A stretch of DNA of 64,000 nucleotides from an uncultured Candidatus Saccharibacteria bacterium (GCA_964477745.1 CAYZEI010000003.1:6168-70167); one strand, 5' to 3'; shown: positions 53,889-63,988, counted from the first letter of the stretch. Notes: generated by a model from the letters alone, not told the origin. Translations and numbers: made by a program.

Positions 53889-54896
53889 TTACTGCTTATA
53901 TAATTCTTTTGCCGCATCCCAGAACTCCGGATGGTTTTGTTGCTTCATCCAATACCACCATTCCACGCCCCATAAATATTGCGGAGAAAAACCTGTGTCT
54001 TTAGCCACTTTCAGAATAGTCTGAAAATTACCTAAGCTCATGGTTTTAAACTGCTCTTCTATTGGAGTATTAGGAATTCCGGCTGTCGTCCAAGGTTCGG
54101 TTTCAAGTTCCATTATGGCAATTTGTTTGCCCGGATGCAACAGGCGTAACAACCCGCCCTTAAACCGATAATACACCGGCGGAATGTGGTTAGTCCAGTA
54201 GCGTTTAAAAACATCGGAAAAAACATACCGATACAAGGTTGTCCCAAAAATATCACCACGGGCGCCGGAGTAAATCCAAAAAGACAACTCACCGCTGTCG
54301 GTAATAATTATGGGCCGGGTTACATCCAGCTTTTTTACCAGCGCAATTTCACTGTCTAAAAATTCTTTACTTAAAGGCGGACAAATTCCGAACGTCCCCA
54401 AAAATGGTTCGTTCTCCACTTGCCAGGCCACTATTTGTGAGGTGTTTTGATATTTTCTGACTACTGATTCAATGTAAGACAACTGGGCATTTTGTAAAAC
54501 GTTTTGAGGCATCCCATTAATCCAGGACGGGTCATGACATTCCGGCCAGCGCGGAAGTCTTCTGCCTACAGCCACCACAATTTTAACATTTCGTTTTGCT
54601 GCTTCCTGAATTTGGAAATCAATATCGCTGTCATTTCCGGTTTCAAATTTTCGCTTCCCCGGCTCTTCCTCTTCCTTGTTCCAATAGGCTGACAACCGAA
54701 CATACTGAGGCTTAAGGTCATCTAAGGAGGCCACGTAAGCCTCTTTCCAGTTAAGCCCGAGACTTTGGGCGTACGGGGCGCTAAAGGTAAAGCCATACTC
54801 AATTTTGGAGTTTCTGGGGGCAAACAACGAGACAACCCAAATTAAAACTCCACAGATTATAATAGTCCACAGTAGGCCTTTAAAAAATTTGCGCAT
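53889..54896 (-). CDS. secreted glycoside hydrolase, clan GH-A (GH5/GH113-like)
   Basis: Signal/TM at the N-terminus. WQVENEP carries the clan GH-A acid/base NEP motif, with a later candidate nucleophile region (MELETEPW). Confidence 0.5.
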   Translation of the reverse strand: MRKFFKGLLWTIIICGVLIWVVSLFAPRNSKIEYGFTFSAPYAQSLGLNWKEAYVASLDDLKPQYVRLSAYWNKEEEEPGKRKFETGNDSDIDFQIQEAAKRNVKIVVAVGRRLPRWPECHDPSWINGMPQNVLQNAQLSYIESVVRKYQNTSQIVAWQVENEPFLGTFGICPPLSKEFLDSEIALVKKLDVTRPIIITDSGELSFWIYSGARGDIFGTTLYRYVFSDVFKRYWTNHIPPVYYRFKGGLLRLLHPGKQIAIMELETEPWTTAGIPNTPIEEQFKTMSLGNFQTILKVAKDTGFSPQYLWGVEWWYWMKQQNHPEFWDAAKELYKQ

Positions 54897-54902
54897 AATA
54901 TT

Positions 54903-55787
54903 TTATAAAAAAAGCAAAAGGGTACCAATAAAAATAAATATCACACCAAAACTTTTTTGGCTAAAAATACTACCCCCGATCTCTTCGGCAATTAAATGTT
55001 TGCGGGTTTTGGACAGGACCAGGGTAAACAGAAGCAAAAATACATAGCGGAAACCTTGCAGGGCATTAATTACGGAAATTTTTCCCAAAACAAAAAGGAA
55101 GCTCAAGAAAATAAAATTCGCCCCGCCGAGAACTTGTTTGAATAAAAATATAGCGGAAGTACTTGTCTTCCGTTTGTTGTTTTTGATCGCGATGATTTTT
55201 TTTCGGTAGCCTGCAAAAATCAACAAGCTTAGTAAAACCGTAGCCGCCCCAATACGATTCCAAATTAAATTATTCATAACGGGCCCCTCTTGGGCTCCAT
55301 ATTGCCATAACAAATAATACGAACTAAATAAAAAAGCACTGAGCGTTTTTAAGGCCACGTGCTTACCCCAAAAACTTCCTTTTTGGTGGGAAATTAATAA
55401 GGCGCCCGGTACTAATAAAGACATGGCGGCAATTTCATTTACTGTCAGCTGGCCTCTACCGGTTATATAAGCCAACACCAGATCGAAAACCGGTACCAAA
55501 CCGAATATATAAGGCACCACTCGGGAAACTTCTCCTTGTGAAAGAACTTTAAAAAACACATACATTGCGAAAGAAAAAAATGCTCCGGAAAACAAATTTA
55601 ACAGAACAAATTTAAACGGCAAAGCATAAAAATTCCATGGCCATAACAAAGCAAAGAGTAATCCCATTACCACTGTATAAAAAGTATATGCCACCGGCTC
55701 AATTTTTCTGGCGGAAATTAAAAACTTGTCCATTAAATCGACAGTGGCTTGGATAAGATACTGAAAAATTGTTAGCAGGACTATCAT
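54903..55787 (-). CDS. polytopic membrane protein (possible DMT/EamA-like transporter)
   Basis: 294 aa with about 10 TM helices. It lies between two glycosidase genes. Confidence 0.35.
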   Translation of the reverse strand: MIVLLTIFQYLIQATVDLMDKFLISARKIEPVAYTFYTVVMGLLFALLWPWNFYALPFKFVLLNLFSGAFFSFAMYVFFKVLSQGEVSRVVPYIFGLVPVFDLVLAYITGRGQLTVNEIAAMSLLVPGALLISHQKGSFWGKHVALKTLSAFLFSSYYLLWQYGAQEGPVMNNLIWNRIGAATVLLSLLIFAGYRKKIIAIKNNKRKTSTSAIFLFKQVLGGANFIFLSFLFVLGKISVINALQGFRYVFLLLFTLVLSKTRKHLIAEEIGGSIFSQKSFGVIFIFIGTLLLFL

Positions 55788-57010
55788 TTAATTTCGTAAT
55801 CTAATAAATTATCTTTGCAGATTTCCGCATACTTTAACGCGCTATAACGTACTTTGCGCTTTAATGAATTTTCCCGATCAATTTCCACCAGTCCAAATTT
55901 CGGCCAAAACCCGTGTTGCCATTCAAAATTGTCCGTTAGTGACCAATACAAATATCCCCGAATATCCACGCCCTGCTTAATTGCACGATGTACAAAATAC
56001 AAATGGTCTTTTATAAACTTCTCCCTTTTTGTGTCTTTCTCATCAGCCAGGCCGTTTTCGGTTATATATACCGGCTTGTTATATTTTTTTAAATTTAAAA
56101 GCACCCGCTCTAACCCTTCCGGATGAATGCTCCAATTAAGGTCGGTAAATTCATGTCCGGTGCTACTACTTACTCTTCTACCCATAATACCAATGTGAAA
56201 ATGCTCATAATAATTTACGCCAATAAAATCGCAAGTATTAACTGTGCGCCGTAAAATATATTCATTGGCTAAATAATGAGACAAGGATCTAACCACACCG
56301 CCCAAAATCCCGGTTGGCTGAAGGTCGGATAAATGGAAAGCCATACTTACCGACTTGCCGGTTTGAGATTTAATTTGAGGTGCGGTAATGTTATGCGCAA
56401 AAATAATATTATTTACAACTTGCAGTGCCTTAAAAAAACTCTTGCCTTGTGGCGGGAAAATGCCTAATAAATATGAATGGGTGGCATAAACTTCCGGCTC
56501 GTTAAAAGTCAGCCAAAAATCCACATAGTCACTGAACCTTTTAACAACTTTTTCCGTATACTGCAAAAAATATCGAACATTATCTTTTTTGGAAAATCCC
56601 CCTTTTTTTGCAAACCACACCGGCAAAGTAAAATGGTGCAAGGTTAAAAATACTTGTAGGCCATGAACCTTGGCCGATTGAAGCATTTTTTCGTAAGCCT
56701 CTAAGGCCTTTTCGTCAAATTTTCCCTCTTGCGGTTCTATCCTGGACCATTCCAAACCAAAACGTATGGCATTATGGTTTAAATGTTCGGCAATGGAAAA
56801 ATCTTCATCGTAGCGGTTAAAAAAATCTGTTGCTTCGCTACTAATGTACTGCTCGGGGTCGTGAGGGCGATTTTTTACATATTTTTTTCTTTTTTCACTA
56901 CGCTCCCACGCCCACCAATCCGCGTTAATATTATTCCCTTCGGTTTGATAAGCACTGCTGGCTGCTCCCCAAAGGAAATGCTCAGGAAATTTTAGTTTAA
57001 CTTTTGACAT
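55784..57010 (-). CDS. beta-glucosidase, glycoside hydrolase family 1
   Basis: FLWGAASSAYQTEG, TLHHFTLPVW, FNEPEV (acid/base Glu) and YITENG (nucleophile Glu). Confidence 0.88.
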   Translation of the reverse strand: MSKVKLKFPEHFLWGAASSAYQTEGNNINADWWAWERSEKRKKYVKNRPHDPEQYISSEATDFFNRYDEDFSIAEHLNHNAIRFGLEWSRIEPQEGKFDEKALEAYEKMLQSAKVHGLQVFLTLHHFTLPVWFAKKGGFSKKDNVRYFLQYTEKVVKRFSDYVDFWLTFNEPEVYATHSYLLGIFPPQGKSFFKALQVVNNIIFAHNITAPQIKSQTGKSVSMAFHLSDLQPTGILGGVVRSLSHYLANEYILRRTVNTCDFIGVNYYEHFHIGIMGRRVSSSTGHEFTDLNWSIHPEGLERVLLNLKKYNKPVYITENGLADEKDTKREKFIKDHLYFVHRAIKQGVDIRGYLYWSLTDNFEWQHGFWPKFGLVEIDRENSLKRKVRYSALKYAEICKDNLLDYEIK

Positions 57011-57140
57011 TTTTGTTTCAGCTTTGATTCTTAATTTTGTGTATTGTTTGCCTCTTTATTATGCCACATCTTGGCAAAAACCACAAAATTTGATAGACTC
57101 CATAAGTCTAATAGGACAAAATAGGACGAATGTGACAATC

Positions 57141-57180
57141 AGCCAATCCTAAATCTTACATCATACATCTTAAATCTAAA
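57141..57180. repeat. TTAAATC/TTACATC heptamer tract upstream of tRNA
   Basis: cctaaatcttacatcatacatcttaaatctaaatg. Confidence 0.55.
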
Positions 57181-57183
57181 TGT

Positions 57184-57258
57184 GGCGCTATCGTCTAATG
57201 GTTAGGACAGGTGGTTCTCATCCACCAAATCCGGGTTCGATTCCCGGTAGCGCTACCA
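57184..57258 (+). tRNA. tRNA-Glu (anticodon CUC), CCA encoded
   Basis: Hand-folded cloverleaf. Acceptor GGCGCTA/TAGCGCT, D-stem GTCT/GGAC, anticodon stem GGTGG/CCACC with loop TTCTCAT, T-arm CCGGG-TTCGATT-CCCGG, discriminator A, then CCA. 75 nt. Confidence 0.75.
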
Positions 57259-57261
57259 AAA

Positions 57262-57296
57262 TAAAATACCCCAATGCTTGGGGTATTTTATTTTGT
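57262..57296 (+). terminator. intrinsic terminator after tRNA
   Basis: AAATACCCC-aatgctt-GGGGTATTT followed by TATTTTG. Confidence 0.7.
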
Positions 57297-57364
57297 CCTG
57301 AACATGTCAAAGGATAGAGTCGCAAGGGTGAAGGTTTGTATATTTACCTTTAAAGGTAATAGTA

Positions 57365-59065
57365 TTATTCCACTACCCGCAATCCAACCAAACTCCCTAT
57401 TGGCATTGCAAGATCGGCGTTGTTTGCCGGAACTACCTGAGAAAAGTCTCCATCTTTATGCCAGGAATTATATACTGTCAAAGACGGGTATCCATGAAGT
57501 TGATAGTCCGGACTAACCCAGTAAACCGTACCGCTTCTGTTTATGTCCAACCCGGGCAAATGTTTTGATGCAGGATCGCTTATATTTGCACCCTTAGGAA
57601 GGCTTTGCAACTCCGGATTGGTTACCACAAAAACATGTGAAAAAGAGAATCCCAATGCTTTAAAAACTGCTTCGGAAACAAATGCGTACCTTTGACTATT
57701 GCTAATTAGGTAAACGGTCTTGTCTTCATTTGATTTTACAAGATAACCGTCACCGGGCAAAAGTAAAGTTCCAAGCGCGATTGTAAGATCAGAAGCACTT
57801 GCCGTTTTGCCGTCTTTAAATTCAAGCCCGTACGAATATAAAATTCCCGGCGAAGTTACGCCGTATCTTAAATTATTTTTAATTAGGAAATAAGTTCCCT
57901 GACTATTTACTAATCTCATCGCACCGCTACCGCCTCCGGTTACCGGAATATATTCATTAGCAGGTGCCAAAGTTGGATTTGTCGAGGTTGTGGTTGTGGT
58001 TGGAGTTACAGTCGGTGAGGTATTGCCACCACCACCGGCTCCACCACCACCGCCTGCGCCCCCTCCTCCTCCGCCCCCTCCACCGCCTGCCGGAGGGGTA
58101 ACTACTGGTTGGGTAATAGTAATTGAGCTGTTATTCCCGAACAATCCAACGGTGTTTCCAAGAACGTCCACAGCTGTCATATTTACAAATTGAACAAGTA
58201 CAGACGAAGCGCTGGTAGTACCAATGCTGAAATTTGCCGACACTAAGACCCCGCTACCAATAGTGTTGCTATTTAAACCCGTGACAATACAACGATATGT
58301 TCCGGCACTCACCTGATTACAGGTTGCATTCTTACTTGCGGCCAGTGTCGCCGCACCGTCAGTTACAGAAATTGATTTTATTATACTGGAATCATATTGC
58401 AAATCCCACTGCAGTCCTGCTATCGGCGTTTGAGCGGATGCGACGTTTACGGAAATATTTAAAGAAGCACTACTGTTTGCTGATATTGAACCGCTTTGTA
58501 AAGATAGGATCGGGGAATTACTTTGTTGAGCAATATTCAAAGTACCACTAACCCCTAAAGCCGCAATATTATTACTGCCCGGAGAAACTCCGGTTGCAAC
58601 CACGTTAGTAATTTGCACAGAGGAACCTGTTTGAGCGTTGCCGGCGGAAACAGTAAATTCCGCATCGGCTAAATATGGGGAGGTAATTGGAATTGCCACT
58701 GACGGATCTCCGGAAACTTGGCAATCACTTACCCCTGACGAAGGCTGAGTACAAGAAAGAGTTTTGCCGGTTCCCGAAAGAGCCGAACCCGCTGTTACGC
58801 TTACTGCCGAAAAATCCGAAGAGCCGTATGTTAAACGAAACTGTATTAGAGCCGGCACCTCCGCAGAACCGCTAGTGTCCAAAATTATCGGTAAACTTCC
58901 GCTGTTGCCGGGACTGGGAAAACCAATCGGAAGACCAATGGTTAAAGTAATTTGATCTGTTGCATACGCTAAATTCAACGGCATAAAATTTAGCGACATT
59001 ATGCATAACAAAAAGAGTGCTACTTTTTTAAATTGCCGATTTATTTTAATTTTAGTAGTTTTCAT
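57365..59065 (-). CDS. secreted protein: cohesin-like N-terminal domains, poly-Gly linker, three C-terminal copies of the ~55-aa repeat module
   Basis: Signal peptide. GLQWDLQYDSSIIKSISVTDGAATLAASKNATC...YRCIVTGLN is cohesin-like. Linker PPAGGGGGGGGGGAGGGGGAGGGG. Repeats: DGYLVKSNEDKTVYLISNSQRYAFVSEAVF and GTVYWVSPDYQLHGY. Confidence 0.6.
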   Translation of the reverse strand: MKTTKIKINRQFKKVALFLLCIMSLNFMPLNLAYATDQITLTIGLPIGFPSPGNSGSLPIILDTSGSAEVPALIQFRLTYGSSDFSAVSVTAGSALSGTGKTLSCTQPSSGVSDCQVSGDPSVAIPITSPYLADAEFTVSAGNAQTGSSVQITNVVATGVSPGSNNIAALGVSGTLNIAQQSNSPILSLQSGSISANSSASLNISVNVASAQTPIAGLQWDLQYDSSIIKSISVTDGAATLAASKNATCNQVSAGTYRCIVTGLNSNTIGSGVLVSANFSIGTTSASSVLVQFVNMTAVDVLGNTVGLFGNNSSITITQPVVTPPAGGGGGGGGGGAGGGGGAGGGGNTSPTVTPTTTTTSTNPTLAPANEYIPVTGGGSGAMRLVNSQGTYFLIKNNLRYGVTSPGILYSYGLEFKDGKTASASDLTIALGTLLLPGDGYLVKSNEDKTVYLISNSQRYAFVSEAVFKALGFSFSHVFVVTNPELQSLPKGANISDPASKHLPGLDINRSGTVYWVSPDYQLHGYPSLTVYNSWHKDGDFSQVVPANNADLAMPIGSLVGLRVVE

Positions 59066-59081
59066 TTTATTTTAAATTTAC

Positions 59082-61883
59082 TTATGGGTGGTTATTTAAT
59101 ATCATATTTTGTAGCCAAGCCGGAAAATTGGACATTACATTAACCGGCGGTATATTTGGTAAATTATTTATCCAAGGAGCCTGATTAACTACAGGAACGG
59201 GGAACGGTGGCCAAGGATTATTATTATAATTTGAAAAGTTATTGTTATTACCGGTAATTGTGGTGTTATTGGTTGTTGTGTTACAGGAATTATTTACGCA
59301 AATATTCGTTACAACCGGATTGTTATTTTCCGGCAATATAACCGGCGGTAAATTTACATAAGTATTACATTGCGCTGTTTGGCCGTCGCCACTTGTCACT
59401 ACAACTGTTTTTCCGCCGGCTGAAGAATACTGTGTGCTAAATATATTACCGATACTACTAAGAGGGACTCCCCCGCCGGTCCAGTTATACGGGGACTTTC
59501 CGCCGACGGCAGTAAATGTTACTGACGAATTTAAACCAACACTCGAAGCAGATGAATAACAAGCAAGCAATGGGAAAGTTTCCGTATTAATTTGCACACC
59601 ACAGCTTCCATTCTTACCGCCACTTGAGACTGTAGCGGTGTAAGTTCCGGGACTGGAAAATGTGGTACTAAAATTCTTTCCGTTATAATTTAATACCGAA
59701 CCTCCGGTTACGGTCCAAGAATATTGACTATCGTCGCCTCCATTGGCGGTAAACGAAATTAAATCCCCGGTTTTCCCCGATGTCGGTAATACCGAACAAG
59801 TTACTGCCGGCGTTTCCACAACCACCGAGACTACCGGACAAGTAACGGTCTGTCCGTCATGACTGGTTACGGTTACTGTTTTATTTCCTGCTGTTGCATA
59901 TGCGGTGCTAAAATTATTGTCGGTTCCGGTTGCGGGAGTTCCGCCTCCGGTCCAATTATACGGAGCATTACCACCGGTAGCACTAAAAATAACCGCTTGA
60001 TTTGCATTCACTAAAGCTTTATTCGCCGAACAATTTAAATTTGCCGGAAGTGCTGGGGTGGTTACAGAAACAGAATCTAATGATCCCCCACAGGAAGAGT
60101 CGGACATTTGAAAAACATAAGTACTGTTAGCCAAAAGACCGCTAACATCATAACTGCCTGATTTATTCCCGTCAGAAACAATTACACTGGACAATGAGCC
60201 GGGAGCAACTTTGGTAATTTTTATTTTATTACTCCCGACAGAATTCCAAGAAAGACTTAAAGAAAATGTTGAACCTTGCCTGGACGGAGCTGTTGCGGTA
60301 ATGGAAGCATTACTATTTGGCTGACAGACCGGTTGGTTTACCACTGTTCCGCAATGTACCGTTTGTCCGTCATGACTGGTTACGGTTACTGTTTTATTTC
60401 CTGCTGTTGCGTATGTGGTGCTAAAATTATTGCCGGTTCCGGTTGCGGGAGTTCCGCCTCCGGTCCAATTATACGGAGTATTACCTCCGGTGGCACTAAA
60501 TGTTACCGATTGATTCAAATTAATATTTGCGGAAGAAGCGGTACAGACAAGAGTGTAAATAATCGGCTCTTGAACTTGTATACTGCAATTTCCACTCTTA
60601 CCACCGCTGGATACCGTAGCTGTGTAAGCGCCTGGGGAAGCAAACATTGTGCTAAAACTTTTTCCGGAATAACTGGTAACCGCCCCTCCGCTTACAGCCC
60701 ATAAATATTGTACCCCATCGCCACCGTTTGCTGTTAAAGATACAGCGTTGTTAATATTTACGGATGAAGGAGAAGCCAAACAGCTGACCGCCGGAGTATC
60801 CGCTATGACAGTAATGCCCGGACAAGAAACCGTTTGTCCGTTACTGGTTAACATTACAGTGTAATTACCCGCCGAGGCGTAACTGGTTGAAAATATTAAA
60901 GACGAACTTTGAGCTTGGGCTGAAGGATTCCCTCCCCCCGCGCTCCAAGAAAATTGACCATTCCCGCCACCGGCCGTAAAACTTACGGCCTGGTTTACAT
61001 TTACCGACGCAGATCCATTTAACTGACAAGTCGGCGGATTTGTTGCAGTACTATTATTTATGGTTAAAGTTATCGGGCTGGAAGTATTAACCAAGCCTTG
61101 TGAGTCAGTGGCCACCGCAATTATAGTATGGGAGCCATTGGAAACCGTAGTTGTGTCCCAATTTGCACTAAATGGAGAAGAGTTTGAATTACCAAATAAA
61201 TTTATATTATCAAAATAAAATTTTACGTTTGTAATAGTGCCACTACTTGCCGAAGCTTGTGCTGTTACGGAAACACCGGATCCTGAAACAGCTGATCCTG
61301 AAGCCGGCGATAAAAGACTTACGCTTGGCGGGGTATTATTTTGTGGCAATTTTACGGTTATAGTTCCGTCGGTTGCGGAAATCGGAACCCCAAGACCATC
61401 AGGATCAGAAGCAGCAAGTCCGGTAAATGATAATGGAACTGTGGTTACGGAAACATTATTTGAAAGGGTTACTGTTATAGTCCCTAAAACTCCTTTGTTG
61501 ATTGTATTTGCATTAAAACCGAAAACTATACAGCGGAACAAACCTACGGAAGGATAAGCACAATTGGCAGACTTTCCTGCGGAGACAGCAGCGGGTCCGT
61601 CCGCTTTCCAGACAATGGAAGAAATTTGCGAAGTGTTAAAAGCAAAATCCCATTGCGCTCCAGCCGGCTGTTTAGGAGCAGAGGTCGGATCAATAGAAAT
61701 TTGTAAATCCACCGAACTGCCTGGAGTAATTTGCGAGGCGGATTCCACGCTCAACATAACCGTACTATCAGCCTGAGCGAAAGGAAAAAACTTTTGGCTT
61801 CCGTCCAACAAAAATCCGGCAACCAAACCTAAAACTAAACACAAAACTAATGTCTTTTTACTTACAAATTTCATTACTATCAT
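59082..61883 (-). CDS. large secreted surface protein with cohesin-like N-domain and about 6 PKD/Ig-like repeats, C-terminal Asn/Thr-rich patch
   Basis: GAQWDFAFNTSQISSIVWKADGPAAVSAGKSANC...FRCIVFGFN. Repeated modules ...FSATGGNTPYNWTGGGTPATGTGNNFSTTYATAGNKTVTVTSHDGQTVHC.... Internal ~500-bp nucleotide direct repeats (about 59850-59990 and about 60350-60490). Confidence 0.65.
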   Translation of the reverse strand: MIVMKFVSKKTLVLCLVLGLVAGFLLDGSQKFFPFAQADSTVMLSVESASQITPGSSVDLQISIDPTSAPKQPAGAQWDFAFNTSQISSIVWKADGPAAVSAGKSANCAYPSVGLFRCIVFGFNANTINKGVLGTITVTLSNNVSVTTVPLSFTGLAASDPDGLGVPISATDGTITVKLPQNNTPPSVSLLSPASGSAVSGSGVSVTAQASASSGTITNVKFYFDNINLFGNSNSSPFSANWDTTTVSNGSHTIIAVATDSQGLVNTSSPITLTINNSTATNPPTCQLNGSASVNVNQAVSFTAGGGNGQFSWSAGGGNPSAQAQSSSLIFSTSYASAGNYTVMLTSNGQTVSCPGITVIADTPAVSCLASPSSVNINNAVSLTANGGDGVQYLWAVSGGAVTSYSGKSFSTMFASPGAYTATVSSGGKSGNCSIQVQEPIIYTLVCTASSANINLNQSVTFSATGGNTPYNWTGGGTPATGTGNNFSTTYATAGNKTVTVTSHDGQTVHCGTVVNQPVCQPNSNASITATAPSRQGSTFSLSLSWNSVGSNKIKITKVAPGSLSSVIVSDGNKSGSYDVSGLLANSTYVFQMSDSSCGGSLDSVSVTTPALPANLNCSANKALVNANQAVIFSATGGNAPYNWTGGGTPATGTDNNFSTAYATAGNKTVTVTSHDGQTVTCPVVSVVVETPAVTCSVLPTSGKTGDLISFTANGGDDSQYSWTVTGGSVLNYNGKNFSTTFSSPGTYTATVSSGGKNGSCGVQINTETFPLLACYSSASSVGLNSSVTFTAVGGKSPYNWTGGGVPLSSIGNIFSTQYSSAGGKTVVVTSGDGQTAQCNTYVNLPPVILPENNNPVVTNICVNNSCNTTTNNTTITGNNNNFSNYNNNPWPPFPVPVVNQAPWINNLPNIPPVNVMSNFPAWLQNMILNNHP

Positions 61884-61966
61884 AAATTTTTACAGCAACT
61901 GAATTATAAATATGTTCAAAATTTAAATTGGTGAGGGGCTGAGTGGTGTTCTCGCCCCCCTTGCTT

Positions 61967-62395
61967 TCATTGATCGGGCTCTTCGGGAGGCACTGGTTCT
62001 GTGACAGGGTTATTTGCCGGCAACGGGAGTTCTTCACTCTGGTCGGTGACAGCGATTACACCGTTAACCAAAAGTCTGGAGCCAGTCACAACAACCCTGA
62101 CTATAACCCCGCTTGGGAGAGGTTCGTCATTGAATCCAAACAGGTAAAGCTTGCCTGTGGACTTATCGTAAAACGCATTCTTCTGGGAGTCTTTGGCCGC
62201 CTGTCCGGCAATGACGGTTTTTACTTCGCCGTCAGGACTTGAGAGGCTGAGCTCTAAAGCAATAATAGTCTGCCTGCTGGTTTCGAGCCGGAGCTCAAAA
62301 ACCTTTTCGTCGTCTGCAACTGTGACTTGGTTAATAACAATCTCCTGCGCGCTAGCCAGGAGAAAGGACATTGAGATCAAGCACAAAGATTTCAT
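61967..62395 (-). CDS. hypothetical small secreted protein (GC-rich insert)
   Basis: Signal peptide MKSLCLISMSFLLASAQE. Local G+C is about 50%. Confidence 0.45.
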   Translation of the reverse strand: MKSLCLISMSFLLASAQEIVINQVTVADDEKVFELRLETSRQTIIALELSLSSPDGEVKTVIAGQAAKDSQKNAFYDKSTGKLYLFGFNDEPLPSGVIVRVVVTGSRLLVNGVIAVTDQSEELPLPANNPVTEPVPPEEPDQ

Positions 62396-62404
62396 CTTTT
62401 CTCC

Positions 62405-62896
62405 TCACGGCGAAGGGATTGTTGCAGATGCTTCTTCTGAGTTAACCGACTCGTTGTTAGCTGAGTCAACAGCCCGGACGACGTAGTAATACGTCCTCCC
62501 AGCTAAAACTAATGCGTCAGTGTACCCCATATTTACAACCAGACTTGAACTAATCTGTGCGTAAGGCCCGCCCGGGGATTCTCCGCGCAAAACCTTATAA
62601 GACACGTTTGGAGTTACGCTGGCCACCCATGTCAACGTGACGTAGTGCCCACCCCCAGAGCCCACAATACAGCCCTTGCCCAACGCGGCATTCACAATGC
62701 GTTGTACAACAACTATGTTACAGACACCCGGCTTATACACCAGGGCTGTACACGCAGTCTTTCCAAGACCCATACTGACAGCCAGCTGGACGTCCTGGAT
62801 ATTCACGTTATTGTCGTTGTTGAGATCACAAAGATTCTGCCCAAAAGCAGATCCCTGGATTAAACCAAGAACAAGTACTGCAATTTGCAGCCTCAT
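62405..62896 (-). CDS. secreted protein with dockerin-like Ca-binding loop plus fibronectin type III domain (GC-rich insert)
   Basis: Signal peptide. CDLNNDNNVNIQDVQLAV fits the dockerin D-x-N-x-D-x-x-V-N-x-x-D loop. HYVTLTWVASVTPNVSYKVLRGESPGGPY...YYYVVRAVDSANNES is FN3-like. Confidence 0.5.
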   Translation of the reverse strand: MRLQIAVLVLGLIQGSAFGQNLCDLNNDNNVNIQDVQLAVSMGLGKTACTALVYKPGVCNIVVVQRIVNAALGKGCIVGSGGGHYVTLTWVASVTPNVSYKVLRGESPGGPYAQISSSLVVNMGYTDALVLAGRTYYYVVRAVDSANNESVNSEEASATIPSP

Positions 62897-63096
62897 TGCT
62901 TTTCTCCCTTTTTCCCGAAATTTGTTCTTTTCAGGAAACTGGGTACAATAAAGCCCAAATTCCTGAAAAGAACTTGTTTTATATATGCCTCCTTCGCTTA
63001 TTTATGCCCATTTTTATTGTGAAATGGGCGCTTATGACTATTATACACACTTTCTGAGAATCTCAAAATCACATTTTTTTCTGATATAATACCAAT

Positions 63097-63348
63097 ATGT
63101 ACTATTTCTACATTCTTCGTTGTAAAGATAAAACGTTATATAGCGGGATGACGAAAGATTTAAAACGACGGGAAGCTGAACACAATGCAGGAAAAGGCTC
63201 GGCTTATGTTAGAAGCCGAGGTGGGGGCAAAATTATTTACCACGAAAAGTTTAAAACTCTAAGCAAGGCACTTAAAAGAGAAATCCAAGTTAAAAAACTT
63301 ACCAAACTAAAAAAACTTGAGCTAATTAAAAATGGCCGGGATAATTAA
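63097..63348 (+). CDS. GIY-YIG family nuclease (small UPF0213/YhbQ-like)
   Basis: MYYFYILRCKDKTLYSGMTKDLKRREAEHNAGKGSAYVRSRG...LKREIQVKK is the canonical GIY...YIG plus Arg plus Glu core. Confidence 0.8.
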   Translation: MYYFYILRCKDKTLYSGMTKDLKRREAEHNAGKGSAYVRSRGGGKIIYHEKFKTLSKALKREIQVKKLTKLKKLELIKNGRDN

Positions 63349-63772
63349 ATACTTAAAATCAATCTTTAATTTTAAAGAACACAAAAAACAATTACTCCAT
63401 ATTGTTTTGTTGTCTTTTTTGGTATTCTTTTCCATTGCTCGCGGATGGTCGCTAATTATTGGCAACAGTATTTTTATTCACGGTTACCATATTCACCATT
63501 TTTATTTTGGCACTTTGGCTTTAGCCATTGGCGCCATTATGGCACTGTTGAGTGAAAATAAAAAAGCCCTGCGCTGGTCGGCAGTATTAATAGGCTTAGG
63601 AATGGGCTTGTTTGCAGACGAAATTGGATTACTTTTAAATTGCACCACAGCGTCTAGAATTTGTCTTTACGCCTTTCCTGACACATCCGATATTATTGGC
63701 GCCATAGTTCTATTTATACTACTACTGCTCGTGGCGGTTGATATAGCAGGCAAAAGAAATAAGGATATTTAA
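63332..63772 (+). CDS. hypothetical membrane protein
   Basis: 146 aa with 4 hydrophobic helices. It overlaps the GIY-YIG gene end by 17 nt. Confidence 0.45.
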   Translation: MAGIIKYLKSIFNFKEHKKQLLHIVLLSFLVFFSIARGWSLIIGNSIFIHGYHIHHFYFGTLALAIGAIMALLSENKKALRWSAVLIGLGMGLFADEIGLLLNCTTASRICLYAFPDTSDIIGAIVLFILLLLVAVDIAGKRNKDI

Positions 63773-63796
63773 AAGCCCCACCGAAGTGGGGCTTTA
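63772..63796. terminator. bidirectional intrinsic terminator
   Basis: AAAGCCCCA-ccgaa-GTGGGGCTTT. Confidence 0.65.
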
Positions 63797-63799
63797 TTG

Positions 63800-63988
63800 T
63801 TAGTGACTCCAGAGCAAACCTTTAAACTCGCTGTTTACAATTAACGGCACTCCTTGTAGCGACTCAACCCGCAACGACAATTCTTTCACCGGACAGCGGT
63901 GTGGTAAGGTGCTTTTGGAAACACAGTGCGCGCATAAGGTTCTCAGTTGAGATATAATAAAGTTTTTTTTGATTTCATGTTCGGGCAT
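63800..63988 (-). CDS. hypothetical small Cys/His-containing protein
   Basis: 62 aa with a CAHC...HRC pattern that may be a zinc ribbon. Weak support. Confidence 0.25.
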   Translation of the reverse strand: MPEHEIKKNFIISQLRTLCAHCVSKSTLPHRCPVKELSLRVESLQGVPLIVNSEFKGLLWSH

